NCBI GenBank assembly: GCA_964057225.1
Contig: OZ059895.1
Coordinates: 4,092,001-4,156,000, forward strand
From: Auanema rhodensis
Lineage: Eukaryota > Animalia > Nematoda
Reading direction: 5' to 3'
DNA length: 64,000 bases
The notes under the pieces were generated by a model. It did no database searches. It was not told where the DNA came from and was given only the letters and a program-made list of their open reading frames with translations. Within the stretch, counting starts at the first letter, position 1; each line of letters begins with the position of its first letter. Shown here piece after piece: positions 13,700 to 29,099 of the stretch. Position numbers and translations under genes: made by a program.

Positions 13700-16600
13700 A
13701 TGGAAACTCAACATACACTAATGCATCATTTTTCAAACGATCGTAACTAATTTTTGTATTAAGCGTTTCTCAATGAAGTATAGTGCATTCGATGCGGATT
13801 TTTAAGCTGCGTCGATCTGTGTTATCAGATTTGCGCTAGCTTGAAAATGCACCGAGATATCAACTGATATAAGTTCACACTTATATCCTCGATTTTCACC
13901 CTGAAGAATTAATTTTTTCGTTGAATAACATTGCCCATCGTCTTTGCCTTGAAAAAAGGAATCTAAAAACATCTACTTTTTGCTAAATTATCTTGAAATT
14001 TTTTGAAAAAATGTTTGTCAAAATGTTTTTGGAAGCAATGTTGAGTGTACATGGAAACTCAACATACACTAATGCATCATTTTTCAAACGATCATAACTA
14101 ATTTTTGTATTAAGCGTTTCTCAATGAAGTATAGTGCATTCGATGCGGATTTTTAAGCTGCGTCGATCTGTGTTATCAGATTTGCGCTAGCTTAAAAATG
14201 CACCGAGATATCAACTGATATAAGTTCAAACTTATATCCTCGATTTTCACCCTGAAGAATTAATTTTTTCGTTGAATAACATTGTCCATCGTCTTTGCCT
14301 TAAAAAAATGAATCTAAAAACATCTACTTTTTGCTAAATTATTTTGAAATTTTTCGAAAAAATTTTTGTCAAAATGTTTTTGGAAGCAATGTTGAGTGTA
14401 CATGGAAACTCAACATACACTAATGCATCATTTTTCAAACGATCATAACTAATTTTTGTATTAAGCGTTTCTCAATGAAGTATAGTGCATTCGATGCGGA
14501 TTTTTTATGCTGCGTCGATCTGTGTTATCAGATTTGCGCTAGCTTGAAAATGCACCGAGATATCAACTGATATAAGTTCACACTTATGACCTCGATTTTC
14601 ACCCTGAAGAATTAATTTTTTCGTTGAATAACATTGCCCATCGTCTTTGCCTTGAAAAAAGGAATCTAAAAACATCTACTTTTTGCTAAATTATTTTGAA
14701 ATTTTTCGAAAAAATTTTTGTCAAAATGTTTTTGGAAGCAATGTTGAGTGTACATGGAAACTCAACATACACTAATGCATCATTTTTCAAACGATCATAA
14801 CTAAGTTTTGTATTAAGCGTTTCTCAATGAAGTATAGTGCATTCGATGCGGATTTTTAAGCTGCGTCGATCTGTGTTATCAGATTTGCGCTAGCTTAAAA
14901 ATTCACCGAGATATCAACTGATATAAGTTCACACTTATATCCTCGATTTTCACCCTGAAGAATTAATTTTTTCGTTGAATAACATTGTCCATCATCTTTG
15001 CCTTAAAAAAAGGAATCTAAAAACATCTACTTTTTGCTAAATTATTTTGAAATTTTTCGAAAAAATTTTTGTCAAAATGTTTTTGGAAGCAATGTTGAGT
15101 GTACATGGAAACTCAACATACACTAATGCATCATTTTTCAAACGATCATAACTAATTTTTGTATTAAGCGTTTCTCAATGTAGTATAGTGCATTCGATGC
15201 GGATTTTTAAGCTGCGTCGATCTGTGTTATCAGATTTGCGCTAGCTTGAAAATGCACCGAGATATCAACTGATATAAGTTCACACTTATATCCTCGATTT
15301 TCACCCTGAAGAATTAATTTTTTCGTTGAATAACATTGCCCATCGTCTTTGCCTTGAAATAAGGAATCTAAAAACATCTACTTTTTGCTAAATTATTTTG
15401 AAATTTTTCGAAAAAATTTTTGTCAAAATGTTTTTGGAAGCAATGTTGAGTGTACATGGAAACTCAACATACACTAATGCATCATTTTTCAAACGATCAT
15501 AACTAATTTTTGTATTAAGCGTTTCTCAATGAAGTATAGTGCATTCGATGCGGATTTTTAAGCTGCGTCGATCTGTGTTATCAGATTTGCGCTAGCTTGA
15601 AAATGCACCGAGATATCAACTGATATAAGTTCACACTTATATCCTCGATTTTCACCCTGAAGAATTAATTTTTTCGTTGAATAACATTGCCCATCGTCTT
15701 TGCCTTGAAAAAAGGAATCTAAAAACATCTACTTTTTGCTAAATTATTTTGAAATTTTTTGAAAAAATGTTTGTCAAAATGTTTTTGGAAGCAATGTTGA
15801 GTGTACATGGAAACTCAACATACACTAATGCATCATTTTTCAAACGATCGTAACTAATTTTTGTATTAAGCGTTTCTCAATGAAGTATAGTGCATTCGAT
15901 GCGGATTTTTAAGCTGCGTCGATCTGTGTTATCAGATTTGCGCTAGCTTAAAAATGCACCGAGATATCAACTGATATAAGTTCACACTTATATCCTCGAT
16001 TTTCACCCTGAAGAATTAATTTTTTCGTTGAATAACATTGTCCATCGTCTTTGCCTTAAAAAAATGAATCTAAAAACATCTACTTTTTGCTAAATTATTT
16101 TGAAATTTTTCGAAAAAATTTTTGTCAAAATGTTTTTGGAAGCAATGTTGAGTGTACATGGAAACTCAACATACACTAATGCATCATTTTTCAAACGATC
16201 ATAACTAATTTTTGTATTAAGCGTTTCTCAATGAAGTATAGTGCATTCGATGCGGATTTTTAAGCTGCGTCGATCTGTGTTATCAGATTTGCGCTAGCTT
16301 GAAAATGCACCGAGATATCAACTGATATAAGTTCACACTTATATCCTCGATTTTCACCCTGAAGAATTAATTTTTTCGTTGAATAACATTGCCCATCGTC
16401 TTTGCCTTGAAAAAAGGAATCTAAAAACATCTACTTTTTGCTAAATTATTTTGAAATTTTTTGAAAAAATGTTTGTCAAAATGTTTTTGGAAGCAATGTT
16501 GAGTGTACATGGAAACTCAACATACACTAATGCATCATTTTTCAAACGATCGTAACTAATTTTTGTATTAAGCGTTTCTCAATGAAGTATAGTGCATTCG

Positions 16601-19600
16601 ATGCGGATTTTTAAGCTGCGTCGATCTGTGTTATCAGATTTGCGCTAGCTTAAAAATGCACCGAGATATCAACTGATATAAGTTCACACTTATATCCTCG
16701 ATTTTCACCCTGAAGAATTAATTTTTTCGTTGAATAACATTGTCCATCGTCTTTGCCTTAAAAAAATGAATCTAAAAACATCTACTTTTTGCTAAATTAT
16801 TTTGAAATTTTTCGAAAAAATTTTTGTCAAAATGTTTTTGGAAGCAATGTTGAGTGTACATGGAAACTCAACATACACTAATGCATCATTTTTCAAACGA
16901 TCATAACTAATTTTTGTATTAAGCGTTTCTCAATGTAGTATAGTGCATTCGATGCGGATTTTTAAGCTGCGTCGATCTGTGTTATCAGATTTGCGCTAGC
17001 TTGAAAATGCACCGAGATATCAACTGATATAAGTTCACACTTATATCCTCGATTTTCACCCTGAAGAATTAATTTTTTCGTTGAATAACATTGCCCATCG
17101 TCTTTGTCTTGAAATAAGGAATCTAAAAACATCTACTTTTTGCTAAATTATTTTGAAATTTTTCGAAAAAATTTTTGTCAAAATGTTTTTGGAAGCAATG
17201 TTGAGTGTACATGGAAACTCAACATACACTAATGCATCATTTTTCAAACGATCATAACTAATTTTTGTATTAAGCGTTTCTCAATGAAGTATAGTGCATT
17301 CGATGCGGATTTTTAAGCTGCGTCGATCTGTGTTATCAGATTTGCGCTAGCTTGAAAATGCACCGAGATATCAACTGATATAAGTTCACACTTATATCCT
17401 CGATTTTCACCCTGAAGAATTAATTTTTTCGTTGAATAACATTGCCCATCGTCTTTGCCTTGAAAAAAGGAATCTAAAAACATCTACTTTTTGCTAAATT
17501 ATTTTGAAATTTTTTGAAAAAATGTTTGTCAAAATGTTTTTGGAAGCAATGTTGAGTGTACATGGAAACTCAACATACACTAATGCATCATTTTTCAAAC
17601 GATCGTAACTAATTTTTGTATTAAGCGTTTCTCAATGAAGTATAGTGCATTCGATGCGGATTTTTAAGCTGCGTCGATCTGTGTTATCAGATTTGCGCTA
17701 GCTTAAAAATGCACCGAGATATCAACTGATATAAGTTCACACTTATATCCTCGATTTTCACCCTGAAGAATTAATTTTTTCGTTGAATAACATTGTCCAT
17801 CGTCTTTGCCTTAAAAAAATGAATCTAAAAACATCTACTTTTTGCTAAATTATTTTGAAATTTTTCGAAAAAATTTTTGTCAAAATGTTTTTGGAAGCAA
17901 TGTTGAGTGTACATGGAAACTCAACATACACTAATGCATCATTTTTCAAACGATCATAACTAATTTTTGTATCAAGCGTTTCTCAATGAAGTATAGTGCA
18001 TTCGATGCGGATTTTTAAGCTGCGTCGATCTGTGTTATCAGATTTGCGCTAGCTTGAAAATGCACCGAGATATCAACTAATATAAGTTCACACTTATATC
18101 CTCGATTTTCACCCTGAAGAATTAATTTTTTCGTTGAATAACATTGCCCATCGTCTTTGCCTTGAAAAAAGGAATCTAAAAACATCTACTTTTTGCTAAA
18201 TTATTTTGAAATTTTTTGAAAAAATGTTTGTCAAAATGTTTTTGGAAGCAATGTTGAGTGTACATGGAAACTCAACATACACTAATGCATCATTTTTCAA
18301 ACGATCGTAACTAATTTTTGTATTAAGCGTTTCTCAATGAAGTATAGTGCATTCGATGCGGATTTTTAAGCTGCGTCGATCTGTGTTATCAGATTTGCGC
18401 TAGCTTAAAAATGCACCGAGATATCAACTGATATAAGTTCACACTTATATCCTCGATTTTCACCCTGAAGAATTAATTTTTTCGTTGAATAACATTGCCC
18501 ATCGTCTTTGCCTTGAAATAAGGAATCTAAAAACATCTACTTTTTGCTAAATTATTTTGAAATTTTTCGAAAAAATTTTTGTCAAAATGTTTTTGGAAGC
18601 AATGTTGAGTGTACATGGAAACTCAACATACACTAATGCATCATTTTTCAAACGATCATAACTAATTTTTGTATTAAGCGTTTCTCAATGAAGTATAGTG
18701 CATTCGATGCGGATTTTTAAGCTGCGTCGATCTGTGTTATCAGATTTGCGCTAGCTTGAAAATGCACCGAGATATCAACTGATATAAGTTCACACTTATA
18801 TCCTCGATTTTCACCCTGAAGAATTAATTTTTTCGTTGAATAACATTGCCCATCGTCTTTGCCTTGAAAAAAGGAATCTAAAAACATCTACTTTTTGCTA
18901 AATTATTTTGAAATTTTTTGAAAAAATGTTTGTCAAAATGTTTTTGGAAGCAATGTTGAGTGTACATGGAAACTCAACATACACTAATGCATCATTTTTC
19001 AAACGATCGTAACTAATTTTTGTATTAAGCGTTTCTCAATGAAGTATAGTGCATTCGATGCGGATTTTTAAGCTGCGTCGATCTGTGTTATCAGATTTGC
19101 GCTAGCTTAAAAATGCACCGAGATATCAACTGATATAAGTTCACACTTATATCCTCGATTTTCACCCTGAAGAATTAATTTTTTCGTTGAATAACATTGT
19201 CCATCGTCTTTGCCTCAAAAAAATGAATCTAAAAACATCTACTTTTTGCTAAATTATTTTGAAATTTTTCGAAAAAATTTTTGTCAAAATGTTTTTGGAA
19301 GCAATGTTGAGTGTACATGGAAACTCAACATACACTAATGCATCATTTTTCAAACGATCGTAACTAATTTTTGTATTAAGCGTTTCTCAATGAAGTATAG
19401 TGCATTCGATGCGGATTTTTAAGCTGCGTCGATCTGTGTTATCAGATTTGCGCTAGCTTAAAAATGCACCGAGATATCAACTGATATAAGTTCACACTTA
19501 TATCCTCGATTTTCACCCTGAAGAATTAATTTTTTCGTTGAATAACATTGTCCATCGTCTTTGCCTTAAAAAAATGAATCTAAAAACATCTACTTTTTGC

Positions 19601-22600
19601 TAAATTATTTTGAAATTTTTCGAAAAAATTTTTGTCAAAATGTTTTTGGAAGCAATGTTGAGTGTACATGGAAACTCAACATACACTAATGCATCATTTT
19701 TCAAACGATCATAACTAATTTTTGTATTAAGCGTTTCTCAATGAAGTATAGTGCATTCGATGCGGATTTTTAAGCTGCGTCGATCTGTGTTATCAGATTT
19801 GCGCTAGCTTGAAAATGCACCGAGATATCAACTGATATAAGTTCACACTTATATCCTCGATTTTCACCCTGAAGAATTAATTTTTTCGTTGAATAACATT
19901 GCCCATCGTCTTTGCCTTGAAATAAGGAATCTAAAAACATCTACTTTTTGCTAAATTATTTTGAAATTTTTCGAAAAAATTTTTGTCAAAATGTTTTTGG
20001 AAGCAATGTTGAGTGTACATGGAAACTCAACATACACTAATGCATCATTTTTCAAACGATCATAACTAAGTTTTGTATTAAGCGTTTCTCAATGAAGTAT
20101 AGTGCATTCGATGCGGATTTTTAAGCTGCGTCGATCTGTGTTATCAGATTTGCACTAGCTTAAAAATTCACCGAGATATCAACTGATATAAGTTCACACT
20201 TATATCCTCGATTTTCACCCTGAAGAATTAATTTTTTCGTTGAATAACATTGTCCATCATCTTTGCCTTAAAAAAAGGAATCTAAAAACATCTACTTTTT
20301 GCTAAATTATTTTGAAATTTTTCGAAAAAATTTTTGTCAAAATGTTTTTGGAAGCAATGTTGAGTGTACATGGAAACTCAACATACACTAATGCATCATT
20401 TTTCAAACGATCATAACTAATTTTTGTATTAAGCGTTTCTCAATGTAGTATAGTGCATTCGATGCGGATTTTTAAGCTGCGTCGATCTGTGTTATCAGAT
20501 TTGCGCTAGCTTGAAAATGCACCGAGATATCAACTGATATAAGTTCACACTTATATCCTCGATTTTCACCCTGAAGAATTAATTTTTTCGTTGAATAACA
20601 TTGCCCATCGTCTTTGCCTTGAAATAAGGAATCTAAAAACATCTACTTTTTGCTAAATTATTTTGAAATTTTTCGAAAAAATTTTTGTCAAAATGTTTTT
20701 GGAAGCAATGTTGAGTGTACATGGAAACTCAACATACACTAATGCATCATTTTTCAAACGATCATAACTAATTTTTGTATTAAGCGTTTCTCAATGAAGT
20801 ATAGTGCATTCGATGCGGATTTTTAAGCTGCGTCGATCTGTGTTATCAGATTTGCGCTAGCTTGAAAATGCACCGAGATATCAACTGATATAAGTTCACA
20901 CTTATATCCTCGATTTTCACCCTGAAGAATTAATTTTTTCGTTGAATAACATTGCCCATCGTCTTTGCCTTGAAAAAAGGAATCTAAAAACATCTACTTT
21001 TTGCTAAATTATTTTGAAATTTTTTGAAAAAATGTTTGTCAAAATGTTTTTGGAAGCAATGTTGAGTGTACATGGAAACTCAACATACACTAATGCATCA
21101 TTTTTCAAACGATCGTAACTAATTTTTGTATTAAGCGTTTCTCAATGAAGTATAGTGCATTCGATGCGGATTTTTAAGCTGCGTCGATCTGTGTTATCAG
21201 ATTTGCGCTAGCTTGAAAATGCACCGAGATATCAACTGATATAAGTTCACACTTATATCCTCGATTTTCACCCTGAAGAATTAATTTTTTCGTTGAATAA
21301 CATTGCCCATCGTCTTTGCCTTGAAAAAAGGAATCTAAAAACATCTACTTTTTGCTAAATTATCTTGAAATTTTTTGAAAAAATGTTTGTCAAAATGTTT
21401 TTGGAAGCAATGTTGAGTGTACATGGAAACTCAACATACACTAATGCATCATTTTTCAAACGATCATAACTAATTTTTGTATTAAGCGTTTCTCAATGAA
21501 GTATAGTGCATTCGATGCGGATTTTTAAGCTGCGTCGATCTGTGTTATCAGATTTGCGCTAGCTTAAAAATGCACCGAGATATCAACTGATATAAGTTCA
21601 AACTTATATCCTCGATTTTCACCCTGAAGAATTAATTTTTTCGTTGAATAACATTGTCCATCGTCTTTGCCTTAAAAAAATGAATCTAAAAACATCTACT
21701 TTTTGCTAAATTATTTTGAAATTTTTCGAAAAAATTTTTGTCAAAATGTTTTTGGAAGCAATGTTGAGTGTACATGGAAACTCAACATACACTAATGCAT
21801 CATTTTTCAAACGATCATAACTAATTTTTGTATTAAGCGTTTCTCAATGAAGTATAGTGCATTCGATGCGGATTTTTTATGCTGCGTCGATCTGTGTTAT
21901 CAGATTTGCGCTAGCTTGAAAATGCACCGAGATATCAACTGATATAAGTTCACACTTATGACCTCGATTTTCACCCTGAAGAATTAATTTTTTCGTTGAA
22001 TAACATTGCCCATCGTCTTTGCCTTGAAAAAAGGAATCTAAAAACATCTACTTTTTGCTAAATTATTTTGAAATTTTTCGAAAAAATTTTTGTCAAAATG
22101 TTTTTGGAAGCAATGTTGAGTGTACATGGAAACTCAACATACACTAATGCATCATTTTTCAAACGATCATAACTAAGTTTTGTATTAAGCGTTTCTCAAT
22201 GAAGTATAGTGCATTCGATGCGGATTTTTAAGCTGCGTCGATCTGTGTTATCAGATTTGCGCTAGCTTAAAAATTCACCGAGATATCAACTGATATAAGT
22301 TCACACTTATATCCTCGATTTTCACCCTGAAGAATTAATTTTTTCGTTGAATAACATTGTCCATCATCTTTGCCTTAAAAAAAGGAATCTAAAAACATCT
22401 ACTTTTTGCTAAATTATTTTGAAATTTTTCGAAAAAATTTTTGTCAAAATGTTTTTGGAAGCAATGTTGAGTGTACATGGAAACTCAACATACACTAATG
22501 CATCATTTTTCAAACGATCATAACTAATTTTTGTATTAAGCGTTTCTCAATGTAGTATAGTGCATTCGATGCGGATTTTTAAGCTGCGTCGATCTGTGTT

Positions 22601-25600
22601 ATCAGATTTGCGCTAGCTTGAAAATGCACCGAGATATCAACTGATATAAGTTCACACTTATATCCTCGATTTTCACCCTGAAGAATTAATTTTTTCGTTG
22701 AATAACATTGCCCATCGTCTTTGCCTTGAAATAAGGAATCTAAAAACATCTACTTTTTGCTAAATTATTTTGAAATTTTTCGAAAAAATTTTTGTCAAAA
22801 TGTTTTTGGAAGCAATGTTGAGTGTACATGGAAACTCAACATACACTAATGCATCATTTTTCAAACGATCATAACTAATTTTTGTATTAAGCGTTTCTCA
22901 ATGAAGTATAGTGCATTCGATGCGGATTTTTAAGCTGCGTCGATCTGTGTTATCAGATTTGCGCTAGCTTGAAAATGCACCGAGATATCAACTGATATAA
23001 GTTCACACTTATATCCTCGATTTTCACCCTGAAGAATTAATTTTTTCGTTGAATAACATTGCCCATCGTCTTTGCCTTGAAAAAAGGAATCTAAAAACAT
23101 CTACTTTTTGCTAAATTATTTTGAAATTTTTTGAAAAAATGTTTGTCAAAATGTTTTTGGAAGCAATGTTGAGTGTACATGGAAACTCAACATACACTAA
23201 TGCATCATTTTTCAAACGATCGTAACTAATTTTTGTATTAAGCGTTTCTCAATGAAGTATAGTGCATTCGATGCGGATTTTTAAGCTGCGTCGATCTGTG
23301 TTATCAGATTTGCGCTAGCTTAAAAATGCACCGAGATATCAACTGATATAAGTTCACACTTATATCCTCGATTTTCACCCTGAAGAATTAATTTTTTCGT
23401 TGAATAACATTGTCCATCGTCTTTGCCTTAAAAAAATGAATCTAAAAACATCTACTTTTTGCTAAATTATTTTGAAATTTTTCGAAAAAATTTTTGTCAA
23501 AATGTTTTTGGAAGCAATGTTGAGTGTACATGGAAACTCAACATACACTAATGCATCATTTTTCAAACGATCATAACTAATTTTTGTATTAAGCGTTTCT
23601 CAATGAAGTATAGTGCATTCGATGCGGATTTTTAAGCTGCGTCGATCTGTGTTATCAGATTTGCGCTAGCTTGAAAATGCACCGAGATATCAACTGATAT
23701 AAGTTCACACTTATATCCTCGATTTTCACCCTGAAGAATTAATTTTTTCGTTGAATAACATTGCCCATCGTCTTTGCCTTGAAAAAAGGAATCTAAAAAC
23801 ATCTACTTTTTGCTAAATTATTTTGAAATTTTTTGAAAAAATGTTTGTCAAAATGTTTTTGGAAGCAATGTTGAGTGTACATGGAAACTCAACATACACT
23901 AATGCATCATTTTTCAAACGATCGTAACTAATTTTTGTATTAAGCGTTTCTCAATGAAGTATAGTGCATTCGATGCGGATTTTTAAGCTGCGTCGATCTG
24001 TGTTATCAGATTTGCGCTAGCTTAAAAATGCACCGAGATATCAACTGATATAAGTTCACACTTATATCCTCGATTTTCACCCTGAAGAATTAATTTTTTC
24101 GTTGAATAACATTGTCCATCGTCTTTGCCTTAAAAAAATGAATCTAAAAACATCTACTTTTTGCTAAATTATTTTGAAATTTTTCGAAAAAATTTTTGTC
24201 AAAATGTTTTTGGAAGCAATGTTGAGTGTACATGGAAACTCAACATACACTAATGCATCATTTTTCAAACGATCATAACTAATTTTTGTATTAAGCGTTT
24301 CTCAATGTAGTATAGTGCATTCGATGCGGATTTTTAAGCTGCGTCGATCTGTGTTATCAGATTTGCGCTAGCTTGAAAATGCACCGAGATATCAACTGAT
24401 ATAAGTTCACACTTATATCCTCGATTTTCACCCTGAAGAATTAATTTTTTCGTTGAATAACATTGCCCATCGTCTTTGTCTTGAAATAAGGAATCTAAAA
24501 ACATCTACTTTTTGCTAAATTATTTTGAAATTTTTCGAAAAAATTTTTGTCAAAATGTTTTTGGAAGCAATGTTGAGTGTACATGGAAACTCAACATACA
24601 CTAATGCATCATTTTTCAAACGATCATAACTAATTTTTGTATTAAGCGTTTCTCAATGAAGTATAGTGCATTCGATGCGGATTTTTAAGCTGCGTCGATC
24701 TGTGTTATCAGATTTGCGCTAGCTTGAAAATGCACCGAGATATCAACTGATATAAGTTCACACTTATATCCTCGATTTTCACCCTGAAGAATTAATTTTT
24801 TCGTTGAATAACATTGCCCATCGTCTTTGCCTTGAAAAAAGGAATCTAAAAACATCTACTTTTTGCTAAATTATTTTGAAATTTTTTGAAAAAATGTTTG
24901 TCAAAATGTTTTTGGAAGCAATGTTGAGTGTACATGGAAACTCAACATACACTAATGCATCATTTTTCAAACGATCGTAACTAATTTTTGTATTAAGCGT
25001 TTCTCAATGAAGTATAGTGCATTCGATGCGGATTTTTAAGCTGCGTCGATCTGTGTTATCAGATTTGCGCTAGCTTAAAAATGCACCGAGATATCAACTG
25101 ATATAAGTTCACACTTATATCCTCGATTTTCACCCTGAAGAATTAATTTTTTCGTTGAATAACATTGTCCATCGTCTTTGCCTTAAAAAAATGAATCTAA
25201 AAACATCTACTTTTTGCTAAATTATTTTGAAATTTTTCGAAAAAATTTTTGTCAAAATGTTTTTGGAAGCAATGTTGAGTGTACATGGAAACTCAACATA
25301 CACTAATGCATCATTTTTCAAACGATCATAACTAATTTTTGTATCAAGCGTTTCTCAATGAAGTATAGTGCATTCGATGCGGATTTTTAAGCTGCGTCGA
25401 TCTGTGTTATCAGATTTGCGCTAGCTTGAAAATGCACCGAGATATCAACTAATATAAGTTCACACTTATATCCTCGATTTTCACCCTGAAGAATTAATTT
25501 TTTCGTTGAATAACATTGCCCATCGTCTTTGCCTTGAAAAAAGGAATCTAAAAACATCTACTTTTTGCTAAATTATTTTGAAATTTTTTGAAAAAATGTT

Positions 25601-27400
25601 TGTCAAAATGTTTTTGGAAGCAATGTTGAGTGTACATGGAAACTCAACATACACTAATGCATCATTTTTCAAACGATCGTAACTAATTTTTGTATTAAGC
25701 GTTTCTCAATGAAGTATAGTGCATTCGATGCGGATTTTTAAGCTGCGTCGATCTGTGTTATCAGATTTGCGCTAGCTTAAAAATGCACCGAGATATCAAC
25801 TGATATAAGTTCACACTTATATCCTCGATTTTCACCCTGAAGAATTAATTTTTTCGTTGAATAACATTGCCCATCGTCTTTGCCTTGAAATAAGGAATCT
25901 AAAAACATCTACTTTTTGCTAAATTATTTTGAAATTTTTCGAAAAAATTTTTGTCAAAATGTTTTTGGAAGCAATGTTGAGTGTACATGGAAACTCAACA
26001 TACACTAATGCATCATTTTTCAAACGATCATAACTAATTTTTGTATTAAGCGTTTCTCAATGAAGTATAGTGCATTCGATGCGGATTTTTAAGCTGCGTC
26101 GATCTGTGTTATCAGATTTGCGCTAGCTTGAAAATGCACCGAGATATCAACTGATATAAGTTCACACTTATATCCTCGATTTTCACCCTGAAGAATTAAT
26201 TTTTTCGTTGAATAACATTGCCCATCGTCTTTGCCTTGAAAAAAGGAATCTAAAAACATCTACTTTTTGCTAAATTATTTTGAAATTTTTTGAAAAAATG
26301 TTTGTCAAAATGTTTTTGGAAGCAATGTTGAGTGTACATGGAAACTCAACATACACTAATGCATCATTTTTCAAACGATCGTAACTAATTTTTGTATTAA
26401 GCGTTTCTCAATGAAGTATAGTGCATTCGATGCGGATTTTTAAGCTGCGTCGATCTGTGTTATCAGATTTGCGCTAGCTTAAAAATGCACCGAGATATCA
26501 ACTGATATAAGTTCACACTTATATCCTCGATTTTCACCCTGAAGAATTAATTTTTTCGTTGAATAACATTGTCCATCGTCTTTGCCTCAAAAAAATGAAT
26601 CTAAAAACATCTACTTTTTGCTAAATTATTTTGAAATTTTTCGAAAAAATTTTTGTCAAAATGTTTTTGGAAGCAATGTTGAGTGTACATGGAAACTCAA
26701 CATACACTAATGCATCATTTTTCAAACGATCGTAACTAATTTTTGTATTAAGCGTTTCTCAATGAAGTATAGTGCATTCGATGCGGATTTTTAAGCTGCG
26801 TCGATCTGTGTTATCAGATTTGCGCTAGCTTAAAAATGCACCGAGATATCAACTGATATAAGTTCACACTTATATCCTCGATTTTCACCCTGAAGAATTA
26901 ATTTTTTCGTTGAATAACATTGTCCATCGTCTTTGCCTTAAAAAAATGAATCTAAAAACATCTACTTTTTGCTAAATTATTTTGAAATTTTTCGAAAAAA
27001 TTTTTGTCAAAATGTTTTTGGAAGCAATGTTGAGTGTACATGGAAACTCAACATACACTAATGCATCATTTTTCAAACGATCATAACTAATTTTTGTATT
27101 AAGCGTTTCTCAATGAAGTATAGTGCATTCGATGCGGATTTTTAAGCTGCGTCGATCTGTGTTATCAGATTTGCGCTAGCTTGAAAATGCACCGAGATAT
27201 CAACTGATATAAGTTCACACTTATATCCTCGATTTTCACCCTGAAGAATTAATTTTTTCGTTGAATAACATTGCCCATCGTCTTTGCCTTGAAATAAGGA
27301 ATCTAAAAACATCTACTTTTTGCTAAATTATTTTGAAATTTTTCGAAAAAATTTTTGTCAAAATGTTTTTGGAAGCAATGTTGAGTGTACATGGAAACTC
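13700..27400 (+). repeat. 21-monomer (7372-bp) higher-order duplication within the left array (approximate ends)
   Basis: Private variants recur 7372 bp apart: TATCTTG 13992/21364, +1 T and TATGCTG at about 14501/21873, TTTGTCTT 17107/24479, ATCAAGC 17973/25345, GCCTCAA 19216/26588. Confidence 0.9.
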
Positions 27401-29099
27401 AACATACACTAATGCATCATTTTTCAAACGATCATAACTAATTTTTGTATCAAGCGTTTCTCAATGAAGTATAGTGCATTCGATGCGGATTTTTAAGCTG
27501 CGTCGCTCTGTGTTATCAGATTTGCGCTAGCTTGAAAATGCACCGAGATATCAACTGATATAAGTTCACACTTATATCCTCGATTTTCACCCTGAAGAAT
27601 TAATTTTTTCGTTGAATAACATTGCCCATCGTCTTTGCCTTGAAAAAAGGAATCTAAAAACATCTACTTTTTGCTAAATTATTTTGAAATTTTTCGAAAA
27701 AATTTTTGTCAAAATGTTTTTGGAAGCAATGTTGAGTGTACATGGAAACTCAACATACACTAATGCATCATTTTTCAAACGATCATAACTAATTTTTGTA
27801 TTAAGCGTTTCTCAATGAAGTATAGTGCATTCGATGCGGATTTTTAAGCTGCGTCGATCTGTGTTATCAGATTTGCGCTAGCTTGAAAATGCACCGAGAT
27901 ATCAACTGATATAAGTTCACACTTATATCCTCGATTTTCACCCTGAAGAATTAATTTTTTCGTTGAATAACATTGCCCATCGTCTTTGCCTTGAAAAAAG
28001 GAATCTAAAAACATCTACTTTTTGCTAAATTATTTTGAAATTTTTTGAAAAAATGTTTGTCAAAATGTTTTTGGAAGCAATGTTGAGTGTACATGGAAAC
28101 TCAACATACACTAATGCATCATTTTTCAAACGATCGTAACTAATTTTTGTATTAAGCGTTTCTCAATGAAGTATAGTGCATTCGATGCGGATTTTTAAGC
28201 TGCGTCGATCTGTGTTATCAGATTTGCGCTAGCTTAAAAATGCACCGAGATATCAACTGATATAAGTTCACACTTATATCCTCGATTTTCACCCTGAAGA
28301 ATTAATTTTTTCGTTGAATAACATTGTCCATCGTCTTTGCCTTAAAAAAATGAATCTAAAAACATCTACTTTTTGCTAAATTATTTTGAAATTTTTCGAA
28401 AAAATTTTTGTCAAAATGTTTTTGGAAGCAATGTTGAGTGTACATGGAAACTCAACATACACTAATGCATCATTTTTCAAACGATCGTAACTAATTTTTG
28501 TATTAAGCGTTTCTCAATGAAGTATAGTGCATTCGATGCGGATTTTTAAGCTGCGTCGATCTGTGTTATCAGATTTGCGCTAGCTTGAAAATGCACCGAG
28601 ATATCAACTGATATAAGTTCACACTTATATCCTCGATTTTCACCCTGAAGAATTAATTTTTTCGTTGAATAACATTGCCCATCGTCTTTGCCTTGAAAAA
28701 AGGAATCTAAAAACATCTACTTTTTGCTAAATTATTTTGAAATTTTTTGAAAAAATGTTTGTCAAAATGTTTTTGGAAGCAATGTTGAGTGTACATGGAA
28801 ACTCAACATACACTAATGCATCATTTTTCAAACGATCATAACTAATTTTTGTATTAAGCGTTTCTCAATGAAGTATAGTGCATTCGATGCGGATTTTTAA
28901 GCTGCGTCGATCTGTGTTATCAGATTTGCGCTAGCTTAAAAATGCACCGAGATATCAACTGATATAAGTTCTCACTTATATCCTCGATTTTCACCCTGAA
29001 GAATTAATTTTTTCGTTGAATAACATTGTCCATCGTCTTTGCCTTAAAAAAATGAATCTAAAAACATCTACTTTTCGCTAAATTATTTTGAAATTTTTC